Positions 10,145 to 15,399 of a stretch of 26,231 bases of DNA are shown piece by piece. A program made the translations under genes and the position numbers. The DNA is from Candidatus Bipolaricaulia bacterium (GTDB lineage: Bacteria; Bipolaricaulota; Bipolaricaulia; JBHIAT01), in assembly GCA_046758705.1 (NCBI GenBank), contig JBHIAT010000033.1:1-26231 (forward strand), written 5' to 3'. The notes under the pieces were generated by a model. The model was given only the letters and a program-made list of their open reading frames with translations, was not told the DNA's origin and did no database searches. Positions within the stretch are counted from its first letter, which is position 1; each line of letters opens with the position of its first letter.

Positions 10145-11965
10145 CAGCGGCCGATACGGCTTCCCTCCCGCTTCCAAAAACTGTTTGAAGAACTCGACGA
10201 AGTGGAGCCGGGCCGCCTGGATCGTCGGATCGAAGATCGCCAGCACGAAGTTGAGACTGTGGAACAGGATCCCGATCAGGATCGCGGTAGCAACGTTACC
10301 GGTGATGCCGCCCAGCTCGTTGGCCGTCTCGGCCAGCAGCAGCGAGGCGGTTCCGATGGCCATGATCCGCGCGTAGGAGAGGATGTTGCCGATCGAGCTG
10401 AAGATCTCCAGGACGCCCATGATCCCGCCCCCGTAGATCAGCAGGGGGATCCCGATGATCAGTAGCCCGATCCCGAGGTTGCGCATTCCGTCGGGCACGA
10501 AGCCGATCATCTCGCCCACCAGCAGCCCGATCCCGATCAACAGGACGAGCGTGCTCGACTTCTCGACCAGATGCCTTCGTTCCCGGTTTCTGAGCGCGTT
10601 GACCGCGCCGAGCGCTAGGCCTAACAGGACATGGGCCACCCCCAGGGCGATGGCGAACGTCAGGAACTGCATCCGGTGCTCTGCCCGGCTGAAGTGGGGC
10701 CACGGAGCCCCGAACCCGAAGTACTCCCCGAACCCGATCCCGAATGCCACCGTCACCGCACCTGCCTGGAGCAAGATGGTCCCCGCGTCTTTGATCCGCT
10801 TGCGGTCCCGGAACCGGCGACGCAGGTAGAGCGCCAGGGTGACCATCCCGGCCCCGTATCCGAAGTCCCCGGCCATGATCCCGAAGAACAGCGGGAAGAA
10901 CGTGCTCACCAGCGGGGTCGGATCGATCGTGTTGTAGATCGGCCGGGGGAGGATCGACAGCAACGTCTCATAGGGCGCTGCCCATCGGTTGTTCTGGAAA
11001 GCGACTGGGATCGCTTCCCGGGGAACATGCCCGCGGTGTTCGCGGATGACGATCCCGGTGAACTCCTCGGTCAGCGTTTTCTTCAAGGATTTTAGCTCAT
11101 CGGTTGGGACCCAGCCGGAGATGATCACCGTGTAGCGGGTGTAGCCGAACCGTTGGATGGCGTCGATCTGGGCGAGCCGGTTCTCCAGCGTCCAGGTGAG
11201 TTGGCTGAGCCGGTCCGACCACTCTTTGGAAAATTCCTTCAACTGGCGGTCGATCTCAGCCAGCCGATCCGGGAGCTCCTCCAGCTCCCGCTTGATCTGC
11301 GCGATTGCATCGATGAACTTGGCTTCTGAGAGGTGAGGGGGGAAGGTCAGCAGGTGGAACCCTGTCTCTAAAAGATAAGCTCTCACCGGACCGGCATACT
11401 CCGGATCGACGGCGACCAGGACGGCCCAGCGCCCATCGCTGAGCTTGTGGTGGCCGAGCTGGAACCTGTCGGGGAGGTGTCGGTTCAACACCGCCTCGAC
11501 CTCCGCGATCGGCCCTCGCGCCTCGGTGATCAGCGGAATGACCTGAGTGTCGGTCAGATCGAGATCGGCGATGATGGTTTCAACGGCGGTGATCACCTCG
11601 GTGATCTGTTGGTCGGCCGCGTATCGGCCGGCCAGCTCGTCCCGCTCAATCACCAGCGTTCCAACGATCCGTTCCAGCTCCTCCACCTGCTCTGAAGACA
11701 GGGATTTGCCCTCCGGCGACTCGCTCTCCACCCGGCTCTCGCTGCCGCCGACTTCAGAGCAGATCTCCAGCAGCCCTCTGGCTCGGACCCGCAGGTTCTC
11801 CACCTGTCTGCGATCCTCTGGGAGATCGGGGGCTTCAGGCCCCTCAAGCCCTTCGATCTCGATCGGTTCGATATGGAGCACGCTAAGCTCTTGGAGCCGT
11901 TCCACCAACCGATCCCGTTGGTCCTGGATGGCGATCAGGTAGAGCTTGGTCATCGGTCTCAGCAT
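10118..11965 (-). CDS. atpI: A/V-type ATP synthase subunit I/a (ATG at 11965; last 8 codons supplied by the IS630 end)
   Basis: GWVP, P Y..IDPTP, FFG.M.GD.GYG, LSYARIMAIG (essential Arg) and RLHFVEFF..F..GG..Y.P motifs. TGATG overlap with the atpH stop, GGAGG RBS upstream. Confidence 0.96.
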   Translation of the reverse strand: MLRPMTKLYLIAIQDQRDRLVERLQELSVLHIEPIEIEGLEGPEAPDLPEDRRQVENLRVRARGLLEICSEVGGSESRVESESPEGKSLSSEQVEELERIVGTLVIERDELAGRYAADQQITEVITAVETIIADLDLTDTQVIPLITEARGPIAEVEAVLNRHLPDRFQLGHHKLSDGRWAVLVAVDPEYAGPVRAYLLETGFHLLTFPPHLSEAKFIDAIAQIKRELEELPDRLAEIDRQLKEFSKEWSDRLSQLTWTLENRLAQIDAIQRFGYTRYTVIISGWVPTDELKSLKKTLTEEFTGIVIREHRGHVPREAIPVAFQNNRWAAPYETLLSILPRPIYNTIDPTPLVSTFFPLFFGIMAGDFGYGAGMVTLALYLRRRFRDRKRIKDAGTILLQAGAVTVAFGIGFGEYFGFGAPWPHFSRAEHRMQFLTFAIALGVAHVLLGLALGAVNALRNRERRHLVEKSSTLVLLIGIGLLVGEMIGFVPDGMRNLGIGLLIIGIPLLIYGGGIMGVLEIFSSIGNILSYARIMAIGTASLLLAETANELGGITGNVATAILIGILFHSLNFVLAIFDPTIQAARLHFVEFFKQFLEAGGKPYRPLMDFNEINE

Positions 11966-12330
11966 CAAGAACCTCCGAGGAGTTCCTTATAGAGCTGGTC
12001 GATAAGCGCTTTCTGCCGCTTGGTCGCCAGCTTCCGGAGCTGGTTTGCCTGGGTTTCACCGGCGGCGACGATCTGTTTGGCTTCGGCCTCAGCGGCGCGC
12101 CGTGCCTCGTCACGCTCCGCCTCGATCCGTTCTCGAACCTCCGCCTCCAACTGCTTGCGCAGTTCCCGGGCGTTTTGCTGAGCTGCTGCAATGATCTGCT
12201 CAGCCTGCGCTCGACTCTGTCGGAGCTTCTCCTCGATCTCCTTCTCTTTGCGTTGGATCTCGATCAGCTCTTTGAGGTGCGCTTCAGGGGTCCGCTCGTC
12301 CTGAGCGATCTCCGGGTCTTTGTCTTTCAT
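11965..12330 (-). CDS. atpH: A/V-type ATP synthase peripheral stalk subunit H/G
   Basis: 121-aa Ala/Glu/Arg-rich coiled coil, first gene of the operon, AGGTGGAG RBS. Matches the Thermus G-I-L-E-X-F-A-B-D order. Confidence 0.8.
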   Translation of the reverse strand: MKDKDPEIAQDERTPEAHLKELIEIQRKEKEIEEKLRQSRAQAEQIIAAAQQNARELRKQLEAEVRERIEAERDEARRAAEAEAKQIVAAGETQANQLRKLATKRQKALIDQLYKELLGGS

Positions 12331-12384
12331 GATGACGGCTCCACCTAACCTTAACCTGACATAACTCGGAGTTAACGAAAATCC

Positions 12385-12440
12385 TGACGCGCCTAAGCCC
12401 CCTGCTTTCTGCTTTTAAGCATGAAGATACAGGCGCGTCA
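12385..12440. repeat. Left-end stem-loop: perfect 10-bp inverted repeat enclosing a decayed subterminal hairpin
   Basis: TGACGCGCCT (12385-12394) / AGGCGCGTCA (12431-12440). Inside are a tandem CTGCTTT duplication (12402-12415) and GAAG where the right end has GGGG. Confidence 0.85.
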
Positions 12441-12474
12441 CCGTATTATTATATAGTCAATAGTAACATAGGAG

Positions 12475-12502
12475 TTGACAACCTTCCATCCTATGGTATA
12501 GA
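12475..12502 (+). promoter_or_regulatory. Putative sigma70 promoter of tnpB (probably leaderless transcript)
   Basis: Perfect TTGACA (12475-12480), 16-nt spacer, TGG-TATAGA extended -10 (12497-12502). ATGs follow at 12508, 12511 and 12514 with no Shine-Dalgarno. Confidence 0.6.
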
Positions 12503-13022
12503 TATAGATGATGATGATCAAGACCTTGAAATACCGGCTCTATCCAACCCAACAACAAATCGAAATCTTTCAACACTGGCTTGATATCTGTAGAGAGATC
12601 TACAACGCGGGTCTGCAAGAGCGGCGCACCGCCTGGGAGCGACTTGGCCGTTCAGTCAGTCTCTCTGCTCAAAAAGCCCAACTTCCTGGGTTGAAGCAGG
12701 ATATCCCGGAGGTCGCTTCAGTGCATTCCCAAGTGCTCCAAGACGTGTTGTTGCGGTTGGATAAGGCGTTCAAGGCATTCTACCGTCGCTGTCACAACGG
12801 AGACAAGCCCGGCTATCCTCGCTTCAAGAGCGGCAACCGTTACCACTCCTTCACCTTTCCCCAATGGAGTAAGGGGGCTCAGTTTCAGGGCCAGAATGGC
12901 AAGCTGTGGCTCTCCAAGATTGGCGCGATCAAGATCAAGCTGCATCGTCCGATGGAAGGCCGAATCAAGACAGTGACCATCGTGCGCAAGGCGGGCCGTT
13001 GGTATGCTTGCTTCTCGGTTGA

Positions 13023-13251
13023 CTCACCTTTTGCACCTCATTATGATCTGCTTTATATCGACATCAACGTCGCCTCCATCTACCGCCATGAGTTGCGGTC
13101 TTCGCGATGGCTCGACCTTCACTCACGGCTACTGGCTTCGTCACTCCCTGCGGGAGTTCTATACATCAGCTCGAAGAGCGACGAAACATCGTAGCCGGGA
13201 GTGAAGCGGAGTGCAACTCCCGGCGATGTAGCAAGGGGTGCAAAAGATGTG
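13023..13251. mobile_element. 229-bp non-autonomous MITE with 17-bp imperfect TIRs and TTGA target-site duplication
   Basis: CTCACCTTTTGCACCTC (13023-13039) versus the reverse complement of 13235-13251, CACATCTTTTGCACCCC (14/17). TTGA at 13019-13022 and 13252-13255 (can also be read as a 5-bp GTTGA duplication). Confidence 0.88.
13085..13224. repeat. Inverted doublet of GTAG-type REP-like palindromes (REPIN/BIME-like) inside the MITE
   Basis: Plus unit: GTAG-CCGGGAGT-13nt-ACTCCCGG (13191-13223). Minus unit: GTAG-CCGTGAGT-27nt-ACTCATGG (13132-13086). Cross-pairing 13117-13132/13191-13206 (15/16), 13137-13146/13176-13185 (9/10) and 13085-13096/13213-13224 (10/12). Confidence 0.7.
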
Positions 13252-13759
13252 TTGAGATAGACAAGCCTGAGCCGTTGCCTAAGACGGGCAAAGACGTTGG
13301 GATTGACGTGGGTGTGGAGAGCTTCGCGACCTTGAGCGATGGAACACAGATTGAGAATCCCCAGTGGTATCACAAGGCTGAACGACGGCTGGCTAAAGCC
13401 CAACGACGAGTATCTAACCGCAAGCCGGAGAGTCACCGGTGCCACAAGGCGGTACGGTTGCTTCAAAGAGCGCATGAGAAGGTTCAGAATCAGCGTAAGG
13501 ACTTTCACCACAAGCTCAGTTGGAAGCTGGTCAATGAGAACGATGCCATATACTATGAGGATTTGAACATCCAGGACATGGTAAAGAATCGCCGTCTCGC
13601 TAAGAGCATATCTGATGCTGGCTGGGGCCAGTTCCTGCGATTCATCTGCTATAAAGCGGAAGAAGCTGGTAGGGATGCAGTTGCAGTGCCGCCCCAGTGG
13701 ACGAGCCAGAAATGCTCGAGTTGCGAGGAGACAGTGGCAAAGAGCCTTTCCCAGCGATG

Positions 13760-13931
13760 GCACAGGTGTCCACATTGTGGGCTGGGGTTGCATCGAGATC
13801 ACAATGCGGCGCTGAATATCCAACGGCTCGGACGGAGCCTTCAGGGAGTCCCGGCAATGGTCGGGGCGATGAACTGAGAAGCCCCTGAATTGATTCATGG
13901 GGAGTCGTCACTATAACAAAGAGTGGTCTGG
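13760..13931 (+). ncRNA. Predicted TnpB omega-RNA (reRNA): scaffold ending at the element right end (13911) plus guide from flanking DNA (about 13912-13931); 5' limit approximate
   Basis: Established TnpB biology (the scaffold overlaps the tnpB 3' end and right end, and the guide is the adjacent flank) applied to the right end identified here. Confidence 0.55.
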
Positions 13932-13938
13932 GTCTCAA
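13910..13938 (-). promoter_or_regulatory. Putative native sigma70 promoter of the ATP synthase operon, now separated from it by the tnpB element
   Basis: Minus strand reads TTGAGA (13938-13933), 17 nt, TATAGT (13915-13910) with a TGn extension. In the reconstructed empty allele the -10 ends 44 nt upstream of the atpH ATG. Confidence 0.65.
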
Positions 13939-13959
13939 ACCTTCAGAGGGATTCCCGGA

Positions 13960-15291
13960 TCAGGTGGGGAACGACCGGGCCAGGATCTCGGCCAGCGTCG
14001 GCCGACCGATCTCCTGGAGTTCATAGCGGATTCGGGTCACCGGACGATCGAACCGGATCAACCGCCTCAGGTCGATCGGCGTCGCGATCAGGATCGCATC
14101 GCATTCGGTCCGTTGGATCGTCGCTTCGAGATCTTGGATCTGCTCATCGCCGTAGCCCATTGCCGGAATCAGGTTTCCGATATGGGGATACCGGTCGTAG
14201 ATCTCAGCGATCGAGTTGACGGCGAACGGTCGGGGGTCGACCAGCTCTCGAGTACCGAACCGTTCGGCGGCGATCGTTCCGGCGCCGTAGGCCATTTCGC
14301 CGTGGGTGAGCGTCGGCCCGTCCTCGATCACCAGCACCCGCTTCCCCTCGATCACCTGGGGCTCATCCACAAAGATCGGCGACGCCGCTTCAACGATGAT
14401 CGCATCGGGGTTGATCCGCCGAACGTTCACCCGAACTTGATCGATCGCTTGGCGGTCGGCGGTGTCGATCTTGTTGATCACCACTACATCGGCAAGTCTC
14501 AGGTTTACGTTGCCCGGATAGTAGCTGAGCTCATCGCCCGGCCGGTGCGGGTCGGCGACGACGATCGCCAGATCGGAGCGGTAGAAGGGGAGATCGTTGT
14601 TCCCCCCGTCCCAGACGATCACGTCGGCCTCTGCTTCCGCCTGTCTCAGGATCTTCTCGTAATCGATCCCGGCGTAGACGAGGCTTCCCCGGTCGAGGTG
14701 GGGCTCGTATTCCTCGCGTTCCTCGATCGTGCACCCATACCGGTCGAGATCTTCATAGTTTTGAAACCGTTGTACCACCTGGTCGGTGAGGGTCCCGTAG
14801 GGCATCGGGTGGCGGACGATCGCCACCTGTTTTCCCCGTTCCTTAAGGAGATCGGCCACCCGGCGGGTCGTCTGGCTCTTCCCTGCGCCGGTGCGCACCG
14901 CGGTCACGGTGATCACCGGTTTTTTCGAATCGAGCTGCGTGGCATCGACCCCCATGAGCCGGAAGTCAGCCCCGGCGGCGAGCACACGGGCAGCGTGATC
15001 CATGACATACTGATTCGAGACGTCGCTGTAGGCGAAGACGACCTCATCGATCTGCTCGTCTCGGATCAGCGCTTCCAGTTTTGTCTCGGGTTCAATGGGG
15101 ATCCCGTCCGGGTAGAGATCCCCGGCGAGTTCGGGCGGATAGCGGCGTCCTTCGATATGTGGGATCTGAGTCGCGGTGAACGCGACCACCCGGTAGGCGT
15201 CGTTGTCACGGAAGCCGACGTTGAAGTTGTGGAAATCCCGGCCGGCGGCGCCCATAATGAGCACCCGCCTGACTCCATTGTTTGTTGGCAT
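13960..15291 (-). CDS. COG2403 P-loop enzyme (usually annotated cyclic 2,3-diphosphoglycerate synthase/GTPase); likely arginine synthetase ArcE family
   Basis: GAAGRDFHNFN, VVAFTATQIP.I.GR.YP..LAG, AVRTGAGKSQ (P-loop), RHPMPYG, TIEEREEYE, WDGGNND, EDGPTLTHG and PAMGY motifs. Confidence 0.8.
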   Translation of the reverse strand: MPTNNGVRRVLIMGAAGRDFHNFNVGFRDNDAYRVVAFTATQIPHIEGRRYPPELAGDLYPDGIPIEPETKLEALIRDEQIDEVVFAYSDVSNQYVMDHAARVLAAGADFRLMGVDATQLDSKKPVITVTAVRTGAGKSQTTRRVADLLKERGKQVAIVRHPMPYGTLTDQVVQRFQNYEDLDRYGCTIEEREEYEPHLDRGSLVYAGIDYEKILRQAEAEADVIVWDGGNNDLPFYRSDLAIVVADPHRPGDELSYYPGNVNLRLADVVVINKIDTADRQAIDQVRVNVRRINPDAIIVEAASPIFVDEPQVIEGKRVLVIEDGPTLTHGEMAYGAGTIAAERFGTRELVDPRPFAVNSIAEIYDRYPHIGNLIPAMGYGDEQIQDLEATIQRTECDAILIATPIDLRRLIRFDRPVTRIRYELQEIGRPTLAEILARSFPT

Positions 15292-15312
15292 TGCTCGGCA
15301 TCCTCTGATAGA

Positions 15313-15373
15313 ATTCTAACGGATTTGTGGTGAGGGATTCAACGTTGATGATTGTGCAGAGCTCTGCTATCTT
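15313..15373. promoter_or_regulatory. Back-to-back divergent sigma70-like promoters for the ArcE-like gene (-) and the Lon-like gene (+)
   Basis: Minus: TTGAAT (15342-15337), 18 nt, TAGAAT (15318-15313). Plus: TTGATG (15345-15350), 17 nt, TATCTT (15368-15373) with a TGc extension. Confidence 0.55.
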
Positions 15374-15399
15374 TGTAAGGTGAAAGAGAGGAGGTTGTT

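Larger units (their letters stand above)
12508..13877 (+). pseudogene. tnpB: TnpB RNA-guided endonuclease interrupted by a 233-nt insertion (MITE + TSD); restored product 378 aa
   Basis: N-part has KYRLYPT, YN..L, SQVLQ..L.RL..AF, G.PRFK and WYACFSV. C-part has GIDVG, YEDL, TSQ.CS.C...C..CG and RDHNAA.NI. Removing 233 nt gives ...WYACFSV-EIDKPEPLP... in frame. Confidence 0.93.
12377..13911 (+). mobile_element. IS200/IS605-family tnpB-only (IS1341-like) element
   Basis: Right end GAAG-CCCCTGAATTGATTCATGGGG-AGTCG-TCAC (13878-13911). Left end has a parallel TAAG-CCCCCTGCTT...AAGCATG motif (from 12394). The IS608-type guide rule (GAAG->TCAC, TAAG->TAxC) picks TAAC at 12373-12376 as the target, so the left boundary is inferred. 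No tnpA is present. Confidence 0.82.

Noticed and set aside
13168-13190. Hammerhead-like CTCGAAGAG...CGAAAC
   Set aside because: Lacks the exact CUGANGA core and the required stems; explained by the REP-like unit.
13018-13255. Insertion in tnpB as a self-splicing group I intron or IStron
   Set aside because: None of the six frame-restoring 233-nt excision registers has both an exon-terminal U and an intron-terminal G. No group I core is recognisable, and TIRs plus a TSD indicate DNA transposition.
12508-13877. TnpB as a nuclease-dead TldR-type regulator or a programmed-frameshift gene
   Set aside because: All three RuvC acidic residues are intact, and the split is fully explained by the MITE.
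13908-13917. Reconstructed empty site TAACTATAAC resembles the start of the 23S rRNA I-CeuI site
   Set aside because: Only 10 nt match and there is no rRNA-like context; coincidence.
13897-15333. 478-aa plus-strand ORF and other long antisense ORFs (7008-7970, 16564-17823, 24657-25697, 1379-2167, 13119-13898)
   Set aside because: Shadow frames opposite well-supported genes in high-GC DNA, with no recognisable motifs.
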